Shown here one piece after another: positions 8,607 to 16,400 of a stretch of 38,590 nt of DNA. Every line of letters starts with the position of its first letter. Positions within the stretch are counted from its first letter, which is position 1. The translations under genes were made by a program, and so were the position numbers. Where the stretch lies: positions 1-38,590 of the IMG/VR virus record IMGVR_UViG_3300037755_000468; one strand, written 5' to 3'. The notes under the pieces are model-generated. The model was not told the DNA's origin and ran no database searches. It was given only the letters and a program-made list of their open reading frames with translations. The stretch comes from a virus. Lineage: Duplodnaviria > Caudoviricetes.

Positions 8607-8951
8607 ATGACGAGCACCGCTTCCCCCTCCCAGATCGTTAAGTGCAAGGGCTGTGGTTGCCCGCTGCACGTGTCGACCACCACCGGTGTCTGCTCGGACT
8701 ACTGCGCCGCCGACGTCGAGGCCGCCGACCGGGTGGCCACCGCTGCTGCGGCCCTCGCCGCCGAGGCCGTCGAGATGGGCGCTGAGACCATCGCCGACAT
8801 GGCCGAGCAGATCGACGAGAACGAGGCCGTGGACGCCGCTCTCGCCTCGGTGGGCGTCACCCTCGACACCGTCCCCTGCTCCGTGTTCATGGAGATGGTG
8901 GGGCACGTGATCGCCGCCGCCGACGTCGCTCTCGCCGAGGGCCCCCGATGA
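8607..8951 (+). CDS. Hypothetical protein, N-terminal CxxC..CxxxC Zn finger
   Basis: MTSTASP start; CKGCGC...CSDYC followed by an acidic Ala-rich helix. Confidence 0.75.
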   Translation: MTSTASPSQIVKCKGCGCPLHVSTTTGVCSDYCAADVEAADRVATAAAALAAEAVEMGAETIADMAEQIDENEAVDAALASVGVTLDTVPCSVFMEMVGHVIAAADVALAEGPR

Positions 8952-9376
8952 CCACCGACCGGACCGTGGCCGCCGAGGCCCGCTTCGTGGAAGAGGGCCA
9001 CCGCGCCTACCTCGGCCGTGACGAGACCGGCCCGTTCGTGCGGGTCGTGTCCGACACCCTCGGCCAGCGCGGGATCGCCTACAAGGTCCGCGCCGTGGCC
9101 TCGGGCCCGGGTCTCCCCCTCGTGTTCGACTGCACCCCCGACGGCGACGTCGGCACCGACGGCCACCGGCACCTCTCCCGTGTCGACGGCCGCCCCACCT
9201 GCAAGCACGCTGCAGGCGCGGCCCGGCGCATGGAGCGCGAGGGCCTCGCCCGCTTGATCCCCGCCGGGGTCCACGGGTCCGCTGTGATCCGTGACAGCCG
9301 GTGGGTGGCCACCGCTAAGGCGTGCCCTCCCCCTGCCCCGCCCACCGACGACCCGTTCCGAGGGTTCCCCACATGA
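8948..9376 (+). CDS. SWIM-like Zn-finger protein
   Basis: YKVRAV...FDCT...CKHAA pattern; ATGA overlap. Confidence 0.55.
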   Translation: MTTDRTVAAEARFVEEGHRAYLGRDETGPFVRVVSDTLGQRGIAYKVRAVASGPGLPLVFDCTPDGDVGTDGHRHLSRVDGRPTCKHAAGAARRMEREGLARLIPAGVHGSAVIRDSRWVATAKACPPPAPPTDDPFRGFPT

Positions 9377-9702
9377 GACTCCCCGCCCTGACCGTCGCAC
9401 TTGCCGTTGCCTTGCTCGGCGCATGCGGCACCGACCCGATCGACGACGCCCACGAGGCCGACACCCGAGCGACCGCGTGCACGATGGTGAACGGCACGCT
9501 CGCCGACGCCAGCGAGAACGCCCAGACGACCACGGTGGCCTCGGTGCTCGACGGGATCGACAACGCCGGGATCGTGGCTGCCGGGATGGACGACCGCCGG
9601 CTCATGGAGGCGCTGGCCGACCTGTCCGTCGCTCTGGAATACGCCGACGAGCCCGGCGCGATCGAAGCGGCCGAGCGGGTCGATCGGCTGTGCGTTGGGT
9701 AA
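9373..9702 (+). CDS. Lipoprotein
   Basis: MRLPALTVALAVALLGAC: basic N-terminus, hydrophobic core and lipobox LGAC. Confidence 0.75.
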   Translation: MRLPALTVALAVALLGACGTDPIDDAHEADTRATACTMVNGTLADASENAQTTTVASVLDGIDNAGIVAAGMDDRRLMEALADLSVALEYADEPGAIEAAERVDRLCVG

Positions 9703-9922
9703 CTCCGCCACCCGCGCCCGGGTACGGCGACACCGGCTCCTGACGAAGGCCCTCGACGTGGCCATCGGCATGGAGCCGGTCGTCACCGCGTCGGACCTGC
9801 ACGCCCTCGCCCGCCGGGTGCAGGCCGAGCTGGCCGCCCGTGGCCTAGAGATCGCCGACGTCGGCGGCCAGCAGGTCGACGACGACACCGCCCACCGACA
9901 GGAGACCACCCCGTGCTCGTGA
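9695..9922 (+). CDS. Hypothetical protein
   Basis: TTG start overlapping the previous gene; fills the gap with GC3-rich codons. Confidence 0.5.
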   Translation: MGNSATRARVRRHRLLTKALDVAIGMEPVVTASDLHALARRVQAELAARGLEIADVGGQQVDDDTAHRQETTPCS

Positions 9923-10011
9923 TCGGCCTCGTGGCGCTCGCCGCCGTGCTGGCGGTGTGCGTGGTGTACCTCGCCGCGACCGTCATCCGTGACATCCGGC
10001 GGGGCCCGTGA
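9913..10011 (+). CDS. 32-aa single-pass membrane peptide (not in the ORF track)
   Basis: AGGAG RBS at 9900-9904, GTG 9913, MLVIGLVALAAVLAVCVVYLAATVIRDIRRGP; its TGA overlaps the C5 MTase GTG. Confidence 0.65.
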   Translation: MLVIGLVALAAVLAVCVVYLAATVIRDIRRGP

Positions 10012-11537
10012 CCACCGCGACCGTCGATCTGTTCGGCGGCCCGGGCGGGTGGGCCCTCGCCCTCGACGACCTCGGCCTCGACGAGATCGGAGTGGAGTGG
10101 GACCCCGGCGCGTGTGAGACCCGCCGGGCCGCCGGCTGGCCCGTGGTCCGTGCCGACGTCGCCGACCTGGACCCCACCTCGTTCGCCGCCCAGCACGGGG
10201 TCGACGTCGACGGGCTCATCGCCTCGCCCCCGTGCCCGCTGTACTCGGCGGCCGGCGGGAAGCAAGGCCGGCTCGGGTTCGGGATCATGGCCGCCGCCAT
10301 CCGCGAGATGCCGGCCAGCTCGACGCACGAGGTGATCGCCGCTGCCCGCCGGCTGCTCGCCGTCGAGCTGTGCCCCGTGGTCGCCGAGGCGCACCCCGAG
10401 CTAGACGACTACGCCCTTCCCCTGCCAGGCGTTCCCACGCGGGTGGAGGCCGAGGCCGAGCGCATGGCCCGGGAAGCGTCGCTCGTGCTCGAGCCGCTCC
10501 GGTGGGCGATCGCGCTCCGCCCGAAGTGGATCGCCCTCGAGCAGGTCCCGCCGGTGCTGGTGCTGTGGGAGGCCATGGCCGAGGCGCTGCGCCGGGTCGG
10601 CTACCAGACCGCGACGGGTGTCCTGAACGCCGCCGACTACGGGGTCCCCCAGACTCGCCGCCGGGCCATCCTGGTGGCGCGCCTCGGCGACGACCCGGTG
10701 GCTATGCCGGCGCCGACGCATGACCGTGAGGCCACCGCCGGCCGGGCCCGGTGGGTGTCCATGGCCGCGGCGCTCGGGTGGGGCGGCGAGAACGTCGACC
10801 AGCCCGCCCGCACGCTCGCCGGTCACCGCTCGCCCCGATGGATGCACCCCAGCTCCGGCGACGACCGCCGCGGCCGGGTCGTGGTCCCGGTGGTCGACCC
10901 CGACCGGTGGGAGGTGCGGGACATGCGGGGCGCCGGGATCACCGAACGCCACGGCGCCCGCCCGGGCCGGTCGCTCGACGAGCCCGCCCCCACGGTGCGG
11001 GCCGGTGGTGGTGGCCACGCCTCGCCGGGCTGGCAGCTGTCGGAGCGCCAGTCGAACGGGGCGACCAGGGCGGCCGACGAGCCCGCTATGACCATCACCG
11101 CGAGCGCCGATAACGGGAACTTCCGGTTCACGCTGAACACCGGGCGGGACTGGAAACCGGGCGGGACCCGTGACGACGCCCAGCAGATCGACGACGACGA
11201 GCCGGCCCCGACGTTCTCGAGCACGAACGGCCGGGGGTGGTGGCTTACCCGACCGGCGACCACCGTGGCCGGTGACTCCCGAATCTGGCCGCCCGGGCAC
11301 AAGGTCAACGCCGACGACGTCCGCCGGCTAGGTGCCGACGAGGCCGCCGAGCGCTACGGCGACCGCGCTGGCACGCAGGCGATCCGCCTCGAGGTGCACC
11401 ACGCCCTCGTGCTGCAGGGGTTCCCTGCCGGCTACCCGGTGCAGGGCAACCGGACTGAGCAGTTCCAGCAAGTCGGCAACGCGGTACCGCCGCCGCTGGC
11501 GTGGCATGTGATCCGGGCAGCCCGCGGCGAGTGCTAG
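10008..11537 (+). CDS. DNA (cytosine-5) methyltransferase with an expanded variable region
   Basis: Motif I DLFGGPGG, IV SPPC, VI EQV, VIII YGVPQTRRRAI, IX/X LQGFP..QVGNAVPP. Confidence 0.93.
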   Translation: MTTATVDLFGGPGGWALALDDLGLDEIGVEWDPGACETRRAAGWPVVRADVADLDPTSFAAQHGVDVDGLIASPPCPLYSAAGGKQGRLGFGIMAAAIREMPASSTHEVIAAARRLLAVELCPVVAEAHPELDDYALPLPGVPTRVEAEAERMAREASLVLEPLRWAIALRPKWIALEQVPPVLVLWEAMAEALRRVGYQTATGVLNAADYGVPQTRRRAILVARLGDDPVAMPAPTHDREATAGRARWVSMAAALGWGGENVDQPARTLAGHRSPRWMHPSSGDDRRGRVVVPVVDPDRWEVRDMRGAGITERHGARPGRSLDEPAPTVRAGGGGHASPGWQLSERQSNGATRAADEPAMTITASADNGNFRFTLNTGRDWKPGGTRDDAQQIDDDEPAPTFSSTNGRGWWLTRPATTVAGDSRIWPPGHKVNADDVRRLGADEAAERYGDRAGTQAIRLEVHHALVLQGFPAGYPVQGNRTEQFQQVGNAVPPPLAWHVIRAARGEC

Positions 11538-11548
11538 CGCGCTAACGT
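11535..11548 (+). promoter_or_regulatory. AGCGCGCT box fused to -10 (TAACGT), leaderless promoter
   Basis: TAGCGCGCTAACGT includes the MTase stop codon; 7 nt to ATG 11556. Confidence 0.75.
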
Positions 11549-11555
11549 TGCTGGC

Positions 11556-12044
11556 ATGTTCCCGATCCTGCTGTCCAGTCTCACCATCGGGGCCCTAGCG
11601 GTCACGTGCGTGGTGCTGGCGTCTGAGCTCGCCGAGACCCGCCACCGGCTCGGCCTCGTCACCCCGGCGCCGTTCCGGCCGTTCACCTACCTGGAACCGC
11701 CGGCCGCCGACTGGCCCGAGCCCGAGCCGCTCCCCTACTGGGCACGGCCATCAACCCGGCTCATCCCGGTGGCCGATGTCCAGGGCGCTGCGTTCGACGC
11801 TCACCGCCGGCTGTGCCCCCAGATGGTCCGGGTACGCACCGTCCGGCCCGCGCCGGTGCCGGTGCCGTCTCTGACGTGGGTGGGTGGCGTGCGTGTCCCG
11901 GTCGGGTCGTTCGACGCCCCGCCCCCGGTCGACGTCCTGGAATGGCCGGACCCCGTCGACGTCGCCGCCCGGCCGCTGGTCCTCGCTGCGCTGGCCGAGG
12001 CCATCGCCCGGTTGGCGTCCGAGCGGCTGCCCGTAGCAGCCTGA
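11556..12044 (+). CDS. Membrane-anchored hypothetical protein
   Basis: Hydrophobic N-terminus MFPILLSSLTIGALAVTCVVLA; Pro-rich remainder. Confidence 0.65.
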   Translation: MFPILLSSLTIGALAVTCVVLASELAETRHRLGLVTPAPFRPFTYLEPPAADWPEPEPLPYWARPSTRLIPVADVQGAAFDAHRRLCPQMVRVRTVRPAPVPVPSLTWVGGVRVPVGSFDAPPPVDVLEWPDPVDVAARPLVLAALAEAIARLASERLPVAA

Positions 12045-12085
12045 CGCCCCCGCCCAACACCCCACCGAAGGAAGGACCCGCCCGC

Positions 12086-12226
12086 ATGGCTGCTGACGGC
12101 CACGGTAACGACGCCGACCGCCACACCTACCCGGCCCCGCCCCCGCAGCTCGTGATCTCGGAGGGCGGCCCGCCGGTGCGGAACCCCCCGCCCGGCTGGC
12201 CGAAGGACACCCCGCCCGATGAGTGA
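12086..12226 (+). CDS. Small Pro-rich hypothetical protein (46 aa)
   Basis: AAGGAAGGA RBS then ATG 12086; its end overlaps the next gene. Confidence 0.5.
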   Translation: MAADGHGNDADRHTYPAPPPQLVISEGGPPVRNPPPGWPKDTPPDE

Positions 12227-12686
12227 CGACGAGCTGCTCGGCGCTATCCCGCGGGGTGGCGTCCGATGGGACCAGCCGGGCGCCGACGCCCGAGCGGATC
12301 TGCTCAACACGGTGGGCCGCATGGCGCACGCCTCCCGGAACCGCCACCTCCCCGACCATCTCTTCCCGTGCATCCTCGGCGTGGGTGGCTGCGTGGTCCA
12401 GCACGGCCCCCTGCCGGCCCCCCTCGTGGCCTCCGGCGGGTGGTGCGCCCCCGTCGTCGACCCGGCCTACGACATATGGTCCGTCGAGCAGTGGCGCACC
12501 CGTGACCGGCCCTGGTCGGCCCATGTCGACGTCGACCGGTGGCTGTTCCCCCGCTCGGCCCGAGCCGCCGCTCGGGTCGGGGAGTACCGCTACCGCGTCC
12601 GCGCCTCGGGACGGTTGGCCCGGCAGGCGTTCCGCATGCTCGTTCGCCCCCTGGACCACGGCGACGACCCCGAAGGCGACGAATGA
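12219..12686 (+). CDS. Hypothetical protein carrying capsid-protein-like motifs
   Basis: Translationally coupled ORF containing IPRGGVRW and LVASGGWCAP. Confidence 0.7.
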   Translation: MSDDELLGAIPRGGVRWDQPGADARADLLNTVGRMAHASRNRHLPDHLFPCILGVGGCVVQHGPLPAPLVASGGWCAPVVDPAYDIWSVEQWRTRDRPWSAHVDVDRWLFPRSARAAARVGEYRYRVRASGRLARQAFRMLVRPLDHGDDPEGDE

Positions 12687-12907
12687 GGCCGCCTGTCACT
12701 ATCGCCGAGGTGTGCGGGTGGGACGACTGCACGCACCCCTGGGGTGACCATCCCCCGAAGGTCGACCCCGCCGAGCTGCAGGCGACCGTGTGGCCGTGCG
12801 ACGCGCCCGGGTGCGGCTGCCAGGACTTCGCCCGGGCCGGCTCGGTGCGCCAGCTCGGCGGCGACCTCGACATCGTCACCCACCTAGGCGACGTCCGGGC
12901 CAACTAG
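12683..12907 (+). CDS. Small Cys/His Zn-binding protein
   Basis: ATGA overlap; C..CTH...H...C...CGCQDF. Confidence 0.65.
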   Translation: MRPPVTIAEVCGWDDCTHPWGDHPPKVDPAELQATVWPCDAPGCGCQDFARAGSVRQLGGDLDIVTHLGDVRAN

Positions 12908-14352
12908 TGACCGCGAGCCTGGCCGAACGCTGGGCCGCGCAGCCCGTCGACGAGCACGACACCCTCCTCGAGCAGCTCACCGAGCCCGAGCTAGAGGCCC
13001 TGCTCGTCGACTGGCATTTCTGGGGCCGGCCCGAGCAGCTCGCACCCGACTGGCTGTGGCGCTGGTGGCTGCTGCTCACCGGCCGCGGGTGGGGAAAGAA
13101 CCGCACCGGCGCCGAGTGGGTGGTCGACCGGTGCGAGCTGTTCGCCGCCGCCGGCCTCGAGCACCTGGTCGGCCTCATCGGTCAGAACAATGACGACGTC
13201 AAGGCCCTGCAGATCCGCGGGGTCTCGGGCATCCGCGAGGTGGTCCGCCGGCGCGGGCACCGGTGGAAGGGCGCCGACGGCAGCCTTACCCCCGAGATCG
13301 GGGTCCTGCGCCCTGGTGGCGACCCGAGCGACCCGGCCGACTGGCACTGGACCGCCGTCGAGGTGCACTCGGCCATGGAGCCCGAGGGGCCTCGAGGCCG
13401 GAACTTCCACACCCTGTGGATAGACGAGCTCGCAGCGTTCAAACACAAGACAGACGCCGCCGGCAACACCGTGTTCAGTAACGCCGAGCTGGCGCTACGT
13501 GGCACGTGCCCCCCCGGCATGATCCCCCAGGGCGTCGTCACCACGACCCCGAAACCGGTCCCGGTGATCCGGGACCTGCTCGCCAGCAAGCACGGGCCCA
13601 CCCACGTGACCCGCGGCAGCATGTACGACAACCGGGCCAACCTCCCGACGTCGTTCATCGACGCTGTGGTGGGCCGGTACAAGGGCACCCGCCTCGAGGC
13701 GCAAGAGATCCTCGGCATGGTCATCGACAGCGTCGAGGGCGCGCTGTGGACCCCCGAGCTAATCCACCGGTGGCGCCTCCGGTCGATCGACGAGGTACCC
13801 CCGCTCGAGCGGGTCGTGGTCGGGGTCGACCCGTCCGGGTCCGACGCTCACGGCGACACGTGCGGGATCGTGGTGGCCGGCCTGTCGTCCAAACCCGACC
13901 GGCGTGGCCTCCGGCACTTCTATACCCTCGACGACTGCTCCGACGAGAACCGCCCCGAGGTGTGGGCGAGGGCTGCTGTCGACGCCTACCACGCGTGGGG
14001 CGCGGAGGCGATCGTGGCCGAGGTGAACTTCGGTGCGGCGATGGTCGCCGACGTGATCCACCTCACCGACCGGACGGTGAAGGTGCGTGAGGTGCGCGCC
14101 AGCAAGGGCAAGCGGATCCGGGCCGAGCCCGTCGCCCTGCTGTACGACCCCGGCCAGGGCCGAGCTCACCACGTCGGGACGCTCCCGCTGCTCGAGGAAC
14201 AGATGGCGTACTGGACCCCGAAGGATCCGACGTCCCCGGACCGCCTCGACGCGCTGGTGTGGGCGGCCTCGGATCTCATGCCGGACCTGACGATTCCGCC
14301 GGCCGACTACGCGAAGGGCTGGGCCGAGCGCCGGCTCGACGCTGCGGCGTGA
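12907..14352 (+). CDS. terL: Terminase large subunit
   Basis: Walker A TGRGWGKNR, Walker B LWIDELA, coupling motif TTTPKP, nuclease VGVDP and SPDRLDALVWA. Confidence 0.96.
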   Translation: MTASLAERWAAQPVDEHDTLLEQLTEPELEALLVDWHFWGRPEQLAPDWLWRWWLLLTGRGWGKNRTGAEWVVDRCELFAAAGLEHLVGLIGQNNDDVKALQIRGVSGIREVVRRRGHRWKGADGSLTPEIGVLRPGGDPSDPADWHWTAVEVHSAMEPEGPRGRNFHTLWIDELAAFKHKTDAAGNTVFSNAELALRGTCPPGMIPQGVVTTTPKPVPVIRDLLASKHGPTHVTRGSMYDNRANLPTSFIDAVVGRYKGTRLEAQEILGMVIDSVEGALWTPELIHRWRLRSIDEVPPLERVVVGVDPSGSDAHGDTCGIVVAGLSSKPDRRGLRHFYTLDDCSDENRPEVWARAAVDAYHAWGAEAIVAEVNFGAAMVADVIHLTDRTVKVREVRASKGKRIRAEPVALLYDPGQGRAHHVGTLPLLEEQMAYWTPKDPTSPDRLDALVWAASDLMPDLTIPPADYAKGWAERRLDAAA

Positions 14353-14528
14353 CGCTGGTCCCGTTGCCCCGGGACCGTTGCCCGGACTGCGGCCGGTCGA
14401 CGTCGACGACGTGCGCCGGTCAGGCTGCTCTCTTCCGTCACGGTGGCTATGGGCACACCCGGGTGACGTGGTGGCGGTGGTGTCCGTGCGGGTGGGTGCT
14501 GGCCGCTGCTGTCACCTCCACCCGTTAG
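14349..14528 (+). CDS. Small Zn-ribbon protein
   Basis: GTGA overlap with the terL stop; CPDC...CPCG. Confidence 0.6.
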   Translation: MTLVPLPRDRCPDCGRSTSTTCAGQAALFRHGGYGHTRVTWWRWCPCGWVLAAAVTSTR

Positions 14529-14562
14529 CGCGCTTGCCTCCCGTGGCGTAGCGCGCTAACAT
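14524..14562 (+). promoter_or_regulatory. Sigma70-type leaderless promoter inside an 11-bp inverted repeat
   Basis: GTTAGCGCGCT...AGCGCGCTAAC; TTGCCT (14534) - 17 nt - TAACAT (14557); ATG 14570 lies 7 nt downstream. Confidence 0.85.
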
Positions 14563-14569
14563 CATGGAC

Positions 14570-14971
14570 ATGACGAGCACCCCGAACACCGCCCCCGACT
14601 TCGACGCCATGGCCGACGCGCAGGGCCTCACTCCCGCAATCGACGCCCTGACCGCCGCCGAGATCACCCACTACGTCACCCACACCGGTGGCGGTTGCAT
14701 GGTCGTGGAAGTCCCCCTCGACGTGGACTACGCCGCCGACGGGACCCCGGTCTACGACGGGTACGTCAGCGTTTCGGCCGACATGATCGACGCCTCCGGG
14801 TTCTCCGTCGTGCTCATGTCCGACGAGGCCGCCGAGGGCAACGCCGAGCCGGTCGACCTCGCCGAGCAGACCGACGCCGCTGGCGTGGTCGCTCTGGTGT
14901 CCGCTCGGCTCATCGCCGAGGCCGACGCCGCCGACGAGGCGTGGCCCGCCCCGAGCGGACACACCGCCTGA
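14570..14971 (+). CDS. Acidic hypothetical protein
   Basis: MTSTPNT start; HTGGGCMV motif; strong GC3 bias. Confidence 0.8.
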   Translation: MTSTPNTAPDFDAMADAQGLTPAIDALTAAEITHYVTHTGGGCMVVEVPLDVDYAADGTPVYDGYVSVSADMIDASGFSVVLMSDEAAEGNAEPVDLAEQTDAAGVVALVSARLIAEADAADEAWPAPSGHTA

Positions 14972-14989
14972 CCGCCCCCACCCGCTGCG

Positions 14990-15029
14990 CCCGGGCCGCC
15001 CCCTCCCGCCGAGGGACGGCCCGGGTGTT
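14990..15029 (+). terminator. Intrinsic terminator-like hairpin
   Basis: CCCGGGCCG..CCCTC / GAGGG.CGGCCCGGG followed by TGTT. Confidence 0.6.
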
Positions 15030-15065
15030 AGCGCGCTTGCCCACGGTCGGGCAGCGCGCTAACAT
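15026..15065 (+). promoter_or_regulatory. Sigma70-type leaderless promoter inside a 12-bp inverted repeat
   Basis: TGTTAGCGCGCT...AGCGCGCTAACA; TTGCCC (15037) - 17 nt - TAACAT (15060); ATG 15072 lies 6 nt downstream. Confidence 0.85.
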
Positions 15066-15071
15066 GAGGGC

Positions 15072-15518
15072 ATGACGAGCACCACCCCCGCCGCCCGCCT
15101 CTTCACCGTGCTGGGCACCACCGAGGACGTCACCGACTGCCAGCTGTGCGGCCGGTCCGATCTCCGGGGCACGATCGCCCTGCAGCCCGTCGACGTCGAC
15201 GGCACCCCCGACGGCGAGCCCGTCTACTACGGGTCCGACTGCGGCGCCCGCGCCGCCGGGTGGGGCCTCGGCGCTGGCTCCCAGCTGCGTGACGCCGCCC
15301 TCGCCGCCGACCGCAAGGCCGCCGCCGCCGACGAGCTGGCCGCCGAACGCCGCGCCGCCTACACCATCGCCGAGGTGGCCCTCTCCCACTACGACTGGGA
15401 GAGGCCCGAGCTGCAGCGTGCCCAGCGCACCTTCCACGCCTCCGGCGGGTTCGACGCCCTCGGCCCGATGTCCGCCTGGGTCGCCCACGTCGCCGCTACC
15501 GGCGACCTCGGCCGATGA
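15072..15518 (+). CDS. Hypothetical Zn-binding protein (CxxCGR...YGSDC)
   Basis: MTSTTPA start; DCQLCGRSDL...YYGSDCGA. Confidence 0.8.
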   Translation: MTSTTPAARLFTVLGTTEDVTDCQLCGRSDLRGTIALQPVDVDGTPDGEPVYYGSDCGARAAGWGLGAGSQLRDAALAADRKAAAADELAAERRAAYTIAEVALSHYDWERPELQRAQRTFHASGGFDALGPMSAWVAHVAATGDLGR

Positions 15519-15823
15519 GCACCGACCGCACCGCCGTGACCGTGGCCACGAACACCCGGCCCGAGGGCGTGACCTACCGGTACGCCGACCTACGCGACGC
15601 ACGCTCGCAGGCCCGGGCGTGGGTGGCCCTCGGGATCCGCATGGCCCGCACCGGCACCCACTGGACCGACGTCGAGCACATCGGCCGCCGGTGGAAGGTC
15701 CGGGGCCATGACGACAGGAACGTCCTCGTGGCCGAGATCGACCCGGCTGGCCGCCGTCGGGTGTGGTCGTCGGTCGACGTGCGGGCCGCCGCCGAGGCGC
15801 TCTACCCGCGCCCGTCCCGGTGA
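15515..15823 (+). CDS. Hypothetical protein
   Basis: ATGA overlap; GC3-rich codons. Confidence 0.7.
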   Translation: MSTDRTAVTVATNTRPEGVTYRYADLRDARSQARAWVALGIRMARTGTHWTDVEHIGRRWKVRGHDDRNVLVAEIDPAGRRRVWSSVDVRAAAEALYPRPSR

Positions 15824-15957
15824 GCTACCGCCCCCGCCACCTCGCCCCCCGGCGTGACCGCCGGCTAGCGGGCTGGCTCGTCACCATCGGGGTGCTGCTG
15901 GTGTCCCCCGGGGTCGGTATGGCCATAGCGGCCGTGCTCGTGCCCCGCCCCGTCTAA
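15820..15957 (+). CDS. Small membrane protein
   Basis: GTGA overlap; basic N-terminus and hydrophobic C-terminal helix. Confidence 0.55.
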   Translation: MSYRPRHLAPRRDRRLAGWLVTIGVLLVSPGVGMAIAAVLVPRPV

Positions 15958-16084
15958 GAAATCTCGGGGATCTCGCGACGATTCCGGCATAGGACCGCAT
16001 AGACCGTGGGCGTACAACCGGATCCTTTAAGTCGCCAGCGCGCTTACGTGCGTGACCCGCGTTCGGCCGGGTAGACCCGTGGGC

Positions 16085-16396
16085 ATGAGCGACACCGACG
16101 CCACCGATCCCACCACCGCCGGCAGCATGGCCAACGCCGCCCAGAACGCCGGTTACCCGGCCACGGCCGGCGACGTCGACCGGTCGACCGGTCTCCCCGT
16201 CGAGGGCCACAGCGTGGCCAGCACCGACCCGACCGCCGACGCTTCCGCGGCCGACGTCGTGGCGTGGCTCGACGCCGACGGCCTCGACACCGACGAGCGG
16301 GAGCGCCGCGCCGGCCACGCCGAGCAGCTCGTCGACGGGCACCGCGGCGACGACCGCAAGTCCGTGAAGTCGGCGATCCGCCGGGCCCGGGCCTGA
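16085..16396 (+). CDS. Hypothetical protein
   Basis: ATG 16085 (MSDTDATDP); GC3-rich; C-terminal DVVAWL...RKSVKSAI. Confidence 0.7.
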   Translation: MSDTDATDPTTAGSMANAAQNAGYPATAGDVDRSTGLPVEGHSVASTDPTADASAADVVAWLDADGLDTDERERRAGHAEQLVDGHRGDDRKSVKSAIRRARA

Positions 16397-16400
16397 CTCT

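Noticed and set aside
14524-15064. GTTAG.../...CTAAC ends resembling integron attC core sites
   Set aside because: The orientation is the reverse of attC (GTT first, AAC last), the elements are under 40 bp, and there is no integron integrase in the window. A promoter/operator explains them better.
8565-15065. Repeat-spacer-repeat units as a mini CRISPR array
   Set aside because: The repeats are only 8-12 bp, occur as dispersed pairs with 15-bp interiors, and there are no cas genes.
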